DNA of 64,000 nucleotides from Eledone cirrhosa (lineage: Eukaryota): positions 10,416,001 to 10,480,000 of the forward strand of contig OZ024749.1 in NCBI GenBank assembly GCA_964016885.1, written 5' to 3'. The notes under the pieces were generated by a model. That model saw nothing but the letters and a program-made list of their open reading frames with translations. It ran no database searches and had not been told where the DNA came from. Made by a program: the position numbers and the translations under genes. How positions within the stretch are numbered: position 1 is the stretch's first letter; each line of letters begins with the position of its first letter. Below are positions 1 through 13,299 of the stretch, in pieces.

Positions 1-1569
1 AAGGCAAACATAGATGGGCTGGCCTCGTCTCATCAGACAATAGGTAAGCTATTAGAGTGGACACCAAGGTACTGGAAAAGAACCAGTATGTATTACCAAC
101 AACTATTAGAATGATAGTGGACAGACACCAAGGTACTGGAGAAGAACCAGTGTCTATGTATTACCAACAAGTAAAAATGGTCGTGTCTGACAAAATAATC
201 AACACTTCTTGGGCTAATAAGACGAAAACAAAACTTTCGATTGGTTACGGCACCAGTCTATGGCAGGGTTAAACCCCAAGATACTGCTGGTACTCAGAGT
301 GGAATGAAGTGTATTTCTCAAGAACACAACACGATCCAGGAATGGAAGTTCCAACAGTGTCACCACTATGGGAAGAATTACTGAAGTTTCACACACAGTT
401 AAGATGAAAACAAAACAGGTGTATAGAATTAAATACGGGAGAGTCAAATGGGAGAAAGAGGGTTTAAAACATAGATGGTGAACAGCTGGACTTATTGCGT
501 GTACCTCAGAAAGATTACAAGCGGTGGGCAGCTTTTGGAAAAGTCCCCCCCAAGTCAACAATCGAAACTACCATGTTCGATTGCTGTTAGTGAGTTAGAT
601 CTTGAGAGGAAGACAACCACGCAGTGATAGGGAGAATTAGTCGACAGAAGGATTTGATAAAGACAAAGGACTACCCCAGGAAGAAGTAGGAACAATTTTT
701 AAACTACACTAGATACATATTTATTAAGAACAAATATAAATTTAATATACTGTATATTCGCAATGTATTGAAACAGGTGAGTGAGTATTTAATTAAGAAT
801 ACGTTAACAAGAGAACAACTAGGCAGGTGTAAATAGTAGATCATACGAAGGAGACTAAGAGGGAAAGATTTACAAAAATATCTCAACGTAATATAAAAAT
901 CTACGTTACCTTTCAGAAAGCTGCTATTGTCCATTGTTAAACCATTTAGCAAGAGTTTCTGTAAAGCTTGTAACATTCTACAAACTGACGGCCATTTTTT
1001 TTTCTTGTTTTGGATGGAGTTGAATGCGCAAGCACGATATTCACCAAGTATCCTGGCCATGCTACAGCACCTTGGATGTGGAGGTGGGGTTTAAGGCAAC
1101 AAGACAATCGCCGACTAATTAACAATATTAAATGGTGATTACAGTTTCAGAAAATATTTAGCACTGCTGAAGAATTGAATCAACAATTTACGGTCTTTGA
1201 TCTCAATCTTGAAAGAAACATTTAAATACACCGAAAGATTTGCTAAAGATAACAGAGATGCTACAGGGAAAACTAGGAAGAGTTTGAAAACAAAATACAC
1301 TAAATATATTTCCTGTGAATAAAAAAGAAATATGTTGAATTTTATTATTAAATCCCTGCATTTTATTGATTATTTTCAACATTAATTTTGTGAACAAACA
1401 CATAGGTGCTTCATTTTTTTAATTAATTTTGTGAATAAAAAACAAACACATAGGTGCTTCATTTTTTATTAAAATAACAATAGTGCTTAAATAAATATAT
1501 TCTACATGCCCCCACCATACATGAACATTAAGGGTCAGTCTGACTTGTGGTTCTGGAGCTAGGGAGGAA

Positions 1570-1850
1570 GACAAGGGAGACATACTGAAACAGCCACTGC
1601 ACCTCACTTGTGGGTAGCTAACTCCCATCCGATAGCCGTGCAAAGGGGGATTTGGTCAAGCGGGGTACAAGAACACTGGAATTCTCAACTGCCAAAATCT
1701 CAATCACAAACATGGTGGCCGATACTTTGACATGACGAGCAGCAAAGTCTGGGCTGGTCACTTGAGAAAATGTCACAACGTATGACATCCTAGCCTTACG
1801 GAGCGGGAAGGTTGTCATGCCGTTAATCGATACCGATCTGTTAACAGCTA
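1570..1850 (-). mobile_element. Possible very decayed CRE-like C-terminal (RLE) fragment
   Basis: NGMTTFPLRKAR resembles PDGxTxxPxxxG and EVQWLFQYVSL resembles ExxWLFQRxSL. Confidence 0.35.
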
Positions 1851-2787
1851 TGATTACGAGAATGACAGACATACAGGAGAGAGAAAGTTCTTTAAAAAGT
1901 AGGTTTCCCTGTCACAGTCCTCACCCCACAGGCTGGAGGGAGAGGGTTGGTAGAAATATCTGCCTACAATCTCATGAAATATCTCTGAGTAACTGGGTGG
2001 AACAAGACCAAAGTACTAAAGACAATAGCGGAGGAATTCCAGCTGGATCTGGTAGAGGAAGAACAACAAAGGTGATCTCCATCCAGATTAAGTGACCCAC
2101 ACACAACAGGTTAACGATAGCCAGGTGGTTTTATTATGGATTGGCTGTATCGGTAGAGCGTCGGACAATATGCTTTACAACACAGTTACGGCCCTTTACA
2201 GTCTGAATTCAAATCTAGCCTGATGTGGTCGATAAATAAAGTACCAGTAATGTACTGAGGTTGATTTAATCGACTTCCCCCACACCCCAAATTATTAGCC
2301 TTGTACCTAAAGTAGAAATCATTAAATTATTCAATATTTCCAATATTGAGGCACATAGGCTGTGTATTCCATTAGAAATACGGTACCCCGAGGGGTGGTG
2401 TCTGAGAAAAAAAAGGCTGTTCAAATGGTTGATGATATCTAAAGTCTGTCCCAAGCTCGGAGGCTCATCACGCCGGTCCTTACCCCGGTTTCCATGGCAT
2501 GAAACATCTAAGAATATAAGACTACCCCCTGGACCGGGCGCTAGTTCATCGCAGGGTTAAACCCCCAGCTACAGCTGAGTATACTGGAGCATCGTGAAAT
2601 AAAATGTTTTCTCAAGAACACAACCTAGTCCAGGAATTGAACCCACATACCTCTAATGACGATATTATGAAGGGAACTAAAAATAAGTTGTTTACCCAGA
2701 ATACATCAACATAAACTAAGATTCCACGTTATAATGGCCTGACCACCTGATTATTTAAGACTAGTTTATATATATATAAATATAGAT

Positions 2788-2985
2788 GTTAACGTGTGTC
2801 CAGAGGGCCTGCACAGATTGGAAAGGAACGAAGCATGCATGTGTAATAGTAATATACGTGAACGGCAAAACATAAACGAACTAAGTGAGAAATTAGGAAT
2901 AAGAGGGATCTGGAATATCTATGGACAAACAAAACGGCTTCGTTAGTCTGACATGAGACGGAGAAATGACTTTCTGAGAAAATTA
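2788..2985 (+). mobile_element. Degenerate RTE C-terminal fragment
   Basis: gaaaggaacgaagcatgcatg...aatatacgtgaacggcaaaacataaacg matches 42250-42350. Confidence 0.6.
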
Positions 2986-3349
2986 TTCCACCCGGGACCA
3001 CAAAAACACACAACAAAGCTAAGATACGTTATTAAAGACCCTAGACAAATACCACCACATGAAAACAAGGGTAAAGATAAATTACACCAACTAACATTTG
3101 TATTGAAGAAGTTTGTAGTATCTGGGGCTGACAACGAACTTCTATCGTTGTTGGGGGCTGGTTTTACTAAAATATTACACCAATGGCTTTCGGGGGAGTC
3201 GGGCTCCCATTTGTAGAGTTAGTTGTAATGTCTACATTTTTATTAGTTAAATATTAAATAACCTTACAAATGGGAGTGAAAATATAAACACATGATGTAT
3301 ATAAATAAATTTACAGTAGAATAACATAACAAATATGGGCGTTCCTTAC

Positions 3350-3895
3350 TTTTAGCGGTGTCAAGAATGAAAGTAAATTTATTTTCATTTTGTGTGTGTG
3401 TGTTTAAACGAAACGCGCAGGCGACGAAGCTTCTTCTTTGCACATCAAGGTCCGCAGGATCTACAAAGTTCCGTTCGCGCACCACAACATCATGAACGTA
3501 GATCCCACCTTTAATTTCCGAATAGGAAGCCCAACCATCTTGTAATGAGGCTTGCAGAATGGTGAGTCCATCATTGTCGAGATAAACGATCCAAATACTT
3601 CCATAGAAAGTCTCATCGTGGCCTGTGGAGACGAGGCCACTGGGTCTTCGGCGCTGTTGGGCTTCCTATTCGGAAATTGAAGGTGGGATTTACGTTCATG
3701 ATGTTGTGACGCACGAACGGAACTTTGTAGATCCTGCGGACCCTGATGTGCACACACAGCTCATAGAGAACACATGGAGCCGTGCAAAGAAGAAGCTTCG
3801 TCGCCTGCATGTTTCGTTTGAACACACACACAAAATGTAAACACGACGTTCGAAAATGAAAATAAATTTACTTTCACGCTTGACATCGCTAAAAG
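3350..3895. mobile_element. Merlin/IS1016-like (ISXO2 domain) transposase remnant arranged as an inverted duplication
   Basis: 3558-3660 gives IVEI(N/D)-SKYFHRKSHRG...HWVFG with a frameshift, then HDVVTHERNFVDP...VHTQLIENTWSRAKKKLRR. 3350-3535 is the reverse complement of 3656-3895. Confidence 0.8.
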
Positions 3896-4404
3896 AAACG
3901 CCACAAATATGTTTTAAATATATACATAAATAACATTACAAATGCTCAGATAACATTATAAATTGCTGGCGATTCTTTCAGAAGGATATATTCTTTTAAT
4001 GTTGCAATATTAAAGAAAATATAAAGGAAGGGGTGAACAACGGAGCCAACACCAGACCAAAAGAGAGCAGACAGGAGTACTCTGCAACTGGAATAACCAA
4101 GCCATATTCACCAGTTAGGGGAGTCGCCAGTGAAGAGAGGAAACTCGCAGTCAGCCGCCCGACTCCCCCAAACATCTCGAAAGCTACAAAACTGGAATAA
4201 AATGTTAATATAACACAATACTAATAAATGTACATATTACAGTACCTTAGTTTCATTGTTACCTGCAGCAATGTCGTCAATGTTTTGGCTTTCTATTAAA
4301 AATATTTAGAAGGGAACCCTAATATTTTCTGTAGCAATGTGTAATTGGGGGTGTGTCTTGTCACGTTGGGAATTTTTACCTTCCCTTATTTCTCTGATTA
4401 ATTC

Positions 4405-4488
<84 letters not shown>

Positions 4489-4828
4489 TCATTAGTAATT
4501 AATATTAGTTAGATAACAGACATTGTTAATATAGAAAATATGGTTTTATGTTCCAGCAAACTCAAATTTCCCGGTCTTCTTCACAACACGTGCTACCTTG
4601 CAAAGTTAACCCCACATTCTCAGTCACGTTTTCCGTATTTTCGCAGTGAAAATGTTTAATTAGTTTAATTGATATAGAATAAAGTTTATTTAACAAATTT
4701 CTATTTAATTATGTAACTTAATTTTGGTACCCTTGAATATATATAATAAAATAAATATGGTTTTATAAAGATAGGTTAACTTTTTTTCAGGGTATGTCAA
4801 TATTTATATATAAAACAAATCTGTATTG

Positions 4829-4894
4829 TATTTTATCTGATGAAAGCGCACCATAATTTGCCTTGGTGGCCCTTCAAATATGTATAATAAAATA
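4829..4894 (+). ncRNA. Degenerate hammerhead motif (GAAA changed to CAAA), paralog of 5733-5798
   Basis: tattttat-CTGATGA-stem II-CAAA-tatgta-TA-ataaaata inside a ~180-bp direct repeat (4800-4980 vs 5710-5880). Confidence 0.5.
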
Positions 4895-5732
4895 AATATC
4901 GTTTTATAAATATAGTTTCCATTTGTTAATATATTGTATATTTACTCCACTATTCAGTTGAGTGCTTTATATCAGTTATAACAACGGAGAGAAATAAAAA
5001 ATAAAGAGAAAACAGAGAGATAGAGAAAGATAAAGGTGGGGGGAAAAAAAGAGGTAGACCAAATAATAATAATTATATATGGGGAGGTTTTTTTTCACAC
5101 ATTATATATCTATGTCTCATTCATGAATATTGATATTTACATTATAATACCCAATTCATATGAATTGATAATTCAAATTGATAGGACATAACGTAAACAT
5201 GTAAATCTATCATCCTTCTCTCTAGATATAGCTCTTTCTTCTCCTCCCTCTTTATACATGATGAAATTTAAGTATCGGTTATTTTAACTTTGCCTCTCGA
5301 GCTTCTCTCTTGTTTTCTCTCTTACTTCTCTCCTATTTCTCTCACCTCCCCATATATAATTATTATTATTTGGTCTACCTCTTTTTTTCCCCCCACCTCT
5401 ATCTCTCTGTTTTCTCTTTATTTTTTTATTTCTCTCCGTCTCCTTAACACTATAACTAAATAATTACAGTACTCCCTCCCTCCTAAATCTCTCAATTTGT
5501 ATGATGAATTATTATTATTCATCTGTTGCCTCAGCTGCTTCTCTTTTTTCACCTCCTCACTATTTCTCTCTGTTTTTCTTTACATACATTTCTTCTTTTT
5601 CTCCGTCTTTCTTTTTAACTGTGCTTAACACTAAATATTTATAAACATCTCACTACCAAACCAACTTCTTAGATGAAAGTTGATCAATATTTATGGTACG
5701 TCAAAATTATTTATAAAACTGCTTATATATTG

Positions 5733-5798
5733 TATTTTATCTGAAGAAGGCATGCCATATTTTTAATATGGTATCCCTGAAATATGTATAATGAAATA
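5733..5798 (+). ncRNA. Type I hammerhead ribozyme motif (Penelope pLTR-like)
   Basis: Stem I tattttat/atgaaata, CTGAAGA core, stem II ending atatggtatccct, GAAA, near-palindromic stem III ATATGTAT, AUA cleavage triplet. Confidence 0.65.
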
Positions 5799-5933
5799 AA
5801 TATGGTTTTATAAATATAGTTTCCATTTGTTTAATATCGTATATCTACTCCAAAACTTGTTGAGTGCTTTATATCAGTTATAAAATATTTACTTGTTGTA
5901 ACCCAACAATTTTAAATAAAACTTTTGCATATA

Positions 5934-7626
5934 TCATCATCATCATCACCGTTTTACGTCCGTTCTTCCACGCTAGCATGGGTTAGACGGGTTGTCCTGT
6001 TGTGTGCAGTGTCTGGTCGGCTGACCATGCCTTGCTCATACAGGAACTGATCTGGCTTGATTTCTACAGCTGGATGCCCTTCCTAACACCAACCTCATTT
6101 ACAGTGAGTGCTGGGTGCTTTTTCGTGGCGCCTACACGTCCACTTTACAGTGTGGGCTGGGTGCTTTTTTGCCGTGGCACCTCCACGACCACCTTGCGGT
6201 GGGGGTGTGGGGGCATATTGTTTATATGCTTCAGCATGGGAGGTCGGGTACTCTGTATTACTGCGTGACGCCAGAAGTCACGGTCGTGTGTCATTGTCTT
6301 TGAGAGGTGTAATTGGGTAAGGTCGGCTTTTATCACCTCATCCCAGGTCATCTTGGGTCCCCCCACTCCGCGGTTTCCATCAACTTCTAGTGCTCTGCAC
6401 CTTTTTATGCAGCTGTCATCCTTCATACGCATCACATGTCCATACCAGCGCAACCACCTCTCCTGCACACAGCATTTGATTCCTCTTATGCTCAGTCTCT
6501 CTCTCAATTCATTTATGCTTTGTTGTTCACGTATATTACTGTTACACATCCATCGGAGCATGCAGGCTTCGTTTCTCTCTAATCTACGTAAGTCTGCCAC
6601 CTTCAGCGCCCAGGTCTCACTACCATGCAACATCGCTGTTCGGATACACGCATCATACAGTCTGCCTTTAATTCTGAGGGAGAAGCCTTTTGCAGCTAGC
6701 AGTGGTAGTAGTTCCCTAAACTTCTTCCATCCCGTTCTTACCCTAGTTATTGTACTTTCTGAACACCCACCTCCGTTGCTAATTCGGTCACCTAGGTAGC
6801 AGAAGCTGTCTACTGTTTCTACAGGGCACTCCCAGAGATTGGTGGTACTTGTTTCCTGTGGCTGTTTGCTGCTTGCTGTTTCAGCACAGCTGCTGCATGT
6901 GAATCCTACATTCTTAATTAAGCTTCCTGAGATCCCGCTACATCTCTTGTGTACCCATTGTTTGCATTTGGGGCAGAGAATGGAGTTCCTACCTACACCT
7001 TTCCTACATACTGAGCAAGGCCATTTCCCTGAGGGGATCTGGGTTCTGTTTTCTCGTCTACTTACAAGGACCTTAGTCTTTGTCATGTTGACTTTGAGAC
7101 CCTTTCTCTCTAGTCCCTGCTTCCAGGTTTGGAATTTATTCTCTAGTTCTATCATAGATTCAGCTATGAGTGCGAGGTCATCAGCATACAGGAGTTCCCA
7201 TGGGCATCCGGTCTTAAATTCCTCCGTTATTGCCTGCAGGACTATGATGAACAGGAGAGGGCTAAGAACAGAGCCCTGGTGGACCCCAACCTGTACGCTA
7301 AATTCCTCATTATACTCATTGCTAATCCTAACTTTGCTGACTGCTCCCCTATACATGGCTTGTACCGCTTTCACAAGCCATTCATCTACTCCTAGTTTTC
7401 TAAGAGCCCACCAGATTACAGCACGTGGAACTCTGTCAAAGGCTTTCTCAAGGTCGACAAATGCCAAGTAGAGTGGCTTACTTTTAGCTAGGTACTTTTC
7501 CTGTAATTGCCTCACAAGGAAGAGGGCATCAGTGATGCCTCTTCCTGGTACAAACCCAAATTGCATCTCGTCTATATTCACCCGGTCCCTAATCAGCTGT
7601 GCTATAACTCTTTCTGTTACTTTCAT
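5934..7626 (-). mobile_element. 5'-truncated RTE LINE (family B), open RT-PHD-C-terminal frame
   Basis: ORF 6145-7800 from MKVTERV onward; the upstream MYIYI part is microsatellite. 3' UTR with 48-bp repeats and (ATG)n tail at 5934. Confidence 0.93.
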
Positions 7627-7731
7627 ATATTTATATATATATATATACATATTTATATATATATACATATTTATATATACATATTTATATATATATATAT
7701 ATTTATATATATATACATTTATATATATATT

Positions 7732-7766
<35 letters not shown>

Positions 7767-8041
7767 TTATATATATATACATATTTATATATATATACAT
7801 ATTTATATATATTTATATATATATACATATTTATATATATTTATATATATATACATATTTATATATATTTATATATATATACATATTTATATATATTTAT
7901 ATATATATACATATTTATATATATTTATATATATATACATATTTATATATATTTATATATATATACATATATATACAAATTTATATATATTTATATTTAT
8001 ATATATATTTATATATATATATATATATACATTTATATATA

Positions 8042-8096
<55 letters not shown>

Positions 8097-8129
8097 ATAT
8101 TTATAAATATATTTATATATATATTTATA

Positions 8130-8186
<57 letters not shown>

Positions 8187-8225
8187 ATATATATATTTAT
8201 ATTTATATTTATATATATATTTATA

Positions 8226-8286
<61 letters not shown>

Positions 8287-8288
8287 AT
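7626..8288. repeat. Degenerate (TA)n microsatellite
   Basis: Direct reading; other (TA)n tracts at 4417-4486, 8948-9026, 10128-10225, 14336-14354, 14533-14557 and 61145-61184. Confidence 0.95.
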
Positions 8289-8296
8289 CCAAAACT

Positions 8297-8947
8297 ACTT
8301 AAAGGTATAAATTTAATTATTACCCAAACTAGCTATGCGTGGTTATACGCGTCTAAAAATTATCTCCTATGATTATTCATGTATATTTATATGTTAATCA
8401 ATTTCTAGTCATTATAAAATGCTCAGATTTATCTTGCAGCTTATTTTCCAGGCGATATGGCGCATGCCATTATGACATGACACCCTCAATTTCGATTTAG
8501 ATTAAATTCATTTAATTTATCTTAATTTTGGATATAGATATATATATACGGCTCCTTAATTGTAGAGCTATTTCTGTTGAAGAGAATTTGACTGCTATTT
8601 CTAGTTGTCGAATACCTATTCACGCCACTGAAACGAAACCGCTATCATGTGTAGACACAACACGTGGTAATGGCTAGATGAAGATTTGAACTCGTAGTGT
8701 AAGGACGGATAGCTGGACATTATTACTCTTCCTTGTTGACAATCCAATAATATCCACTTTCCGTGACTTACCATCTGATTAATTGGTGAAATATATTTCT
8801 TTAATGGGATATATACAAGGAAGGTTAATCATACTTAAAGGTATAAATTTAATTATTACCCAAACTAGCTATGCGTGGTTACACGCATCTAAAAATTATC
8901 TCCTGTGATTATTCATGTATATTTATATGTTAATCAATTTCTAGTTA
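8297..8947. repeat. ~115-bp direct repeat pair (8297-8410 and 8833-8947)
   Basis: acttaaaggtataaatttaattattacccaaactagctatgcgtgg...atcaatttctagt occurs twice. Confidence 0.8.
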
Positions 8948-8966
8948 TTATATATATATATATATA

Positions 8967-9026
<60 letters not shown>

Positions 9027-9028
<2 letters not shown>

Positions 9029-9846
9029 CATCATCACCGTTTTAGGTCCGTTCTTCCACACTAGTATGGGTTAGACGGTTTGTCCTGTTGTGGGCAGTGT
9101 CTGGTCGGCTGACTATGCCTTGCTCATACAGGAACTGATTTGGCTTGATTTCTACAGCTGGATGCCCTTCCTAACATCAACCTCATTTACAGTGAGTGCT
9201 GGGTGCTTTTTTGTGGCGCCTACACGTCCACTTTACAGTGTGGGCTGGGTGCTTTTTTGCCGTGGCACCTCCACGACCACCTTGCAGTGGGGGGGTGTGG
9301 GGGCATATTGTCTATATGCTTTAGCTTGTACCCATGGGAGGTCGGGTACTCTGTATTACTGCGTGACACCAGAGGTCATGGTCGTGTGTCATCGCCTTTG
9401 AGAAGTGTAATTGGGTAAGGTCGGCTTTTATCACCTCATCCCAGGTCATCTTGGGTCTCCCCACTCCGCGGTTTCCATCGACTTCTAGTGCTCTGCACCT
9501 TTTTATGCAGCTGTCATCCTTCATACGCATCACATGTCCATACCAGTGCAACCGCCTCTCCTGCACAGAGCATTTGATTCCTCTTATGCTCAGTCTCTCT
9601 CTCAATTCATTTATGCTTTGTCATTCGCGTATATTACTGTTACACATCCATCGGAGCATGCAGGCTTCGTTTCTCTCTAATCTACGTAAGTCTGCCACCT
9701 TCAGCGCCCAGGTCTCACTACCATGCAACATCGCTGTTCGGATACACGCATCATACAGTCTGCCTTTCATTTTGAGGGAGAAGCCTTTTGCAGCTAGCAG
9801 TGGTAGTAGTTCCCTAAACTTCTTCCATCCCGTTCTTACCCTAGTT
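9027..9846 (-). mobile_element. 5'-truncated RTE LINE (family B), near-identical to 5934-6748
   Basis: ORFs 9621-9860 and 9321-9605 ([13 protein letters not shown]...RLHWYGHV); same 3' UTR and tail. Confidence 0.92.
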
Positions 9847-10128
9847 GGTTTTGCAATCAAAAGATTGTGAGTTCAATTCCCAGACCGGGTGACACTTTAT
9901 TTCACATTGCTCCAGTTTACTCAGCTGTAGAAATGAGATGATAGGACCGGGGTCCCTATCATTCCACTGTAAAGTAGACGTGTAGGCGCCACGGAAAAAA
10001 AGCACCCAGCACTCACTGTAAATGAGGTTGTGTTAGGAAGGGCATCCAGCTGTAGAAATCAAGCCAGAATCAGTTCCCGTCCCACCCTTGCAAGCAGGGA
10101 AAAGCGGACGTAAAATGATGATGATGAT
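9845..10128 (+). mobile_element. 5'-truncated tRNA-derived SINE with RTE-type tail
   Basis: Matches 63048-63345 with small deletions; (ATG)n tail. Confidence 0.82.
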
Positions 10129-10143
10129 ATATAAATATATATA

Positions 10144-10217
<74 letters not shown>

Positions 10218-10222
10218 AATAT

Positions 10223-10625
10223 ATATTGTTATACTTGGGGAGGGTCATATTTGTGTAATATTGCCAGAATTAATAACAGAACACACTCACAAACAAACAA
10301 ATAAATAAATAAATATATAGACAGACTAAATAAAAATGGCGTAGACATACAATGTAACGGGAGGAAACAATAGCACCACTGACGATGTTGCAGATGTGCA
10401 ACGAAAGAACTTTGATAAACTATATATATGTGTTTGTGTCTATATTGTATCTGTATTATTTTTGACCGTTGGTCAGTCAATGGCAACATTGAGGACCGAA
10501 TAAATTAGATTACCGATATAAAAGACACAGAAGCGAAAAGCGAAAACCAACCAAACAGTGAGTGTGTTCTGTTATTAATTCTGGCAATATTACACAAATA
10601 TGACCCTCCCCAAGTATAACAATAT
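10223..10625. mobile_element. Fold-back/MITE-like element with perfect 68-bp inverted repeats
   Basis: 10223-10290 is the reverse complement of 10558-10625; it abuts (TA)n. Confidence 0.65.
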
Positions 10626-10890
10626 TTGTTTCGACATACGATTTCATATAAAAAACCTCGCAAAACTATATATATATATATATAAAAATATATATATATA
10701 TATAAATAAGAGTAGTGGATAGAACTATATATAGAAGCCATGCCTGTGTATATCCTTGAATAGACTGGTTATAACAAAGTATTGGTGATCGATTGACCAA
10801 TTCAGAGAAACAATTGTCAGCAATGTGAATAAAGCCCTTATTGTATAGCAAACCATGTCACTCTTCTTTCTTGATTTATATATATATATA

Positions 10891-11590
10891 TCATCATCAT
10901 CATCGTCCGTTTTCCACGCTAGCATGGGTTAGACGGGAGTTGTCCCATTTGAGGCAAGGCTGGTCGGGTGACCGTGTCTCGCCCATATAGGACTATCTGG
11001 CAGGTTTTCTACGGCTGGATGCCCTTCCTAACACCAACCACATTTACACATGTATATATCACAGTATATCCCCGACAATATCACAGTTCACCTTGACACA
11101 TTGCCTCGCAATCCTGAACACCTCACGTCTATGGTCCTTCCGTTGTAGAATATGCTTGAACTTACTATCCTCTGCTTCCCTCTTTTCAAAGTATACTTGT
11201 TGTCTAGCTACACGATAGAGTTCTCTACTACCCCCATGTTTCCATTCTTTCCAAGCCTGCTTTTTGCCCTTGATGGACTCCTCCACCTTACTGTTCCACC
11301 ACCATGTCACTCCTCCTACCTAACAGTCTGCTCCAGCCACAGATTTCATCAGTCGCCTTCAACAGGTTAACTTTCAGGAATTACCACTGTTCCTCTATAT
11401 TGTATGTCTCTAATTGCTCTTCCTTACTATCAAAGGCATCAAGTAATATGCTTTTAAATTTGTTACTGGCTGTGGGGTTCTTCAACTTCCATAATCTTCT
11501 CCTTAAGGTATTCCTCTGTCGGCAAGTACATCTGGCCCTGACGATGAGGTCACTAACCATTAAGTTATGTTGGGAGGTGCATTCTTTGAG
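10891..11590 (-). mobile_element. RTE LINE fragments (3' tail 10891-11048; internal piece 11068-11590)
   Basis: TWWWNSKVEESIK...REVFRIARQCVK matches the 39726 ORF; (ATG)n tail. Confidence 0.85.
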
Positions 11591-13299
11591 AGGTTATGGG
11601 TTTGGTTTAATGTAAATGGAGGATTCATGTTCTAATAATAATTGTTTCTACTTTTGGCACAAGGCCAGCAATTTATCCCAGTGTATTACTGGTACTTTAT
11701 TTTATCGACCCCGTAAGGATGAAAAGTAAAGTTAACCTCAGCAGGATTTGAACTCAGAGCATAAAGGGCTGTAACTCTTTGCTGCAAAGCATGGCGTTCG
11801 TAGTTTCTAACCAGAGTTCTGTGTCTATGGTTGTGGTGTTTAGTTGGGTAGTCTACGGAAACTCTAATACTTTCGTGGATGGAGTTTGGATGTTTATGTC
11901 ATCTAGATAGTAGGTGTACAGAGTCAGGGTTATAAAATACCATAAGTCTTCTGTCCCACATACCATAAAGAGGTTAGTTATGTCACCTGCAATGCTGACG
12001 CCAATGACATATGTTTTGCCATTAATCTTAAACATAGGTTAACTTTGCTTTCATCCTTACAGGGTCGATAAAATAAAGTACCAGTAATACACTGGGTAAT
12101 GCTGGCCTTGTGCCAAAAGTAGAAACAATTAATCTTAAACATATGTTCTTCAAGCTTTACATCGGCCATCACTGCATATGCGATCAATTCCTTATATTTT
12201 TTTTCTTGTTTTTTTTGGAGTCGTTCTGTGTGGGTCTTGCTGGCCATTGAGGTAGTGGTAAGTTTTCTGCTTCTCTCTGGCCTTGTGTGACAGAGGCTGC
12301 TAAGGTCATGTGTATCGAAATAATCCTTATCCTCTGTAAGTCCAGTAGAAGTTCAAGCTGAATGGTATCAATCCCATGGAATTCCACATCACTCACAGTG
12401 ATTATTTCTACACATTTGTACAGGCTATCAGGTTGCATTTTGCTGAGGAGGTCCTCCATGTTGTCAAATGTGTCTGGGGACATTTAGATTACAGGGCACA
12501 TGATCAGGGAGAGTCTGTAGTCGGTAGTATTTTAGCAAGACTGGCCGCGTTGGTCCTGCGACTGGGTCACTATTTGTTTTATGGTCTTTGCGAAGCATAC
12601 ACAGTTATTGGCAGACCATTTATTGGGTTGTATTAATTATGCTAGACCACATCATGTTGATGATGTGGGGTTGCATTGTCCAGATGTATTTTGGCAACCT
12701 GTAAAGGTATAGAGGTTCAAGATAAAAGAAAGAATTACAGAACAGAATTTCTATGGTTAATTTAATTATAATAAAAGATGAAGAATTTATAATTCAACTA
12801 TAGTAAAAGATGAAAAATTTATAAACATACAAACACACATATATATATGCATATGTCCGTGTGTCCCAGGTTCAATCGGGGATAACCACAGTTATCAAGT
12901 TTAACATAGAAATGGCTTCTACAGGAAAGCCCTTTCCTGATGATTTCTAGTTCTGTCAGAAGCCATTTCTATATTAAACTTGATATATATATATAGTGTA
13001 AACAAAGTTTCATACACTTAACATGTATATGCTAACAATGGCTTTGGGGTCAAGTTATGGCCACCACTGTATAATGGAGGAAGGGTTTTTAAACTGGCGC
13101 TTCCTTCAGGCACGTAGATGAAATATGAAAAAGGGAAGTTGTCCTCAGGTTAAACCTCTCTTCTAAAAGTAAGATTGTTTGAAGAAGGGGAGGTAATTCT
13201 GGGTTTAAAACTTGTACAAATGTATCAATTTCTAGGGTTATTCTGTCCAGTAGAAGATAGCGAAAATAACTCAAGGGTTATCTGGTAGTTAGTCTGTTG

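Noticed and set aside
7507-8302. IY-repeat ORFs and the apparent N-terminus of ORF 6145-7800
   Set aside because: (TA)n microsatellite artefact.
10755-10830. Hammerhead-like GAAACAATTGTC after a weak stem
   Set aside because: No CTGANGA half or stem I is visible, so it is at most a remnant.
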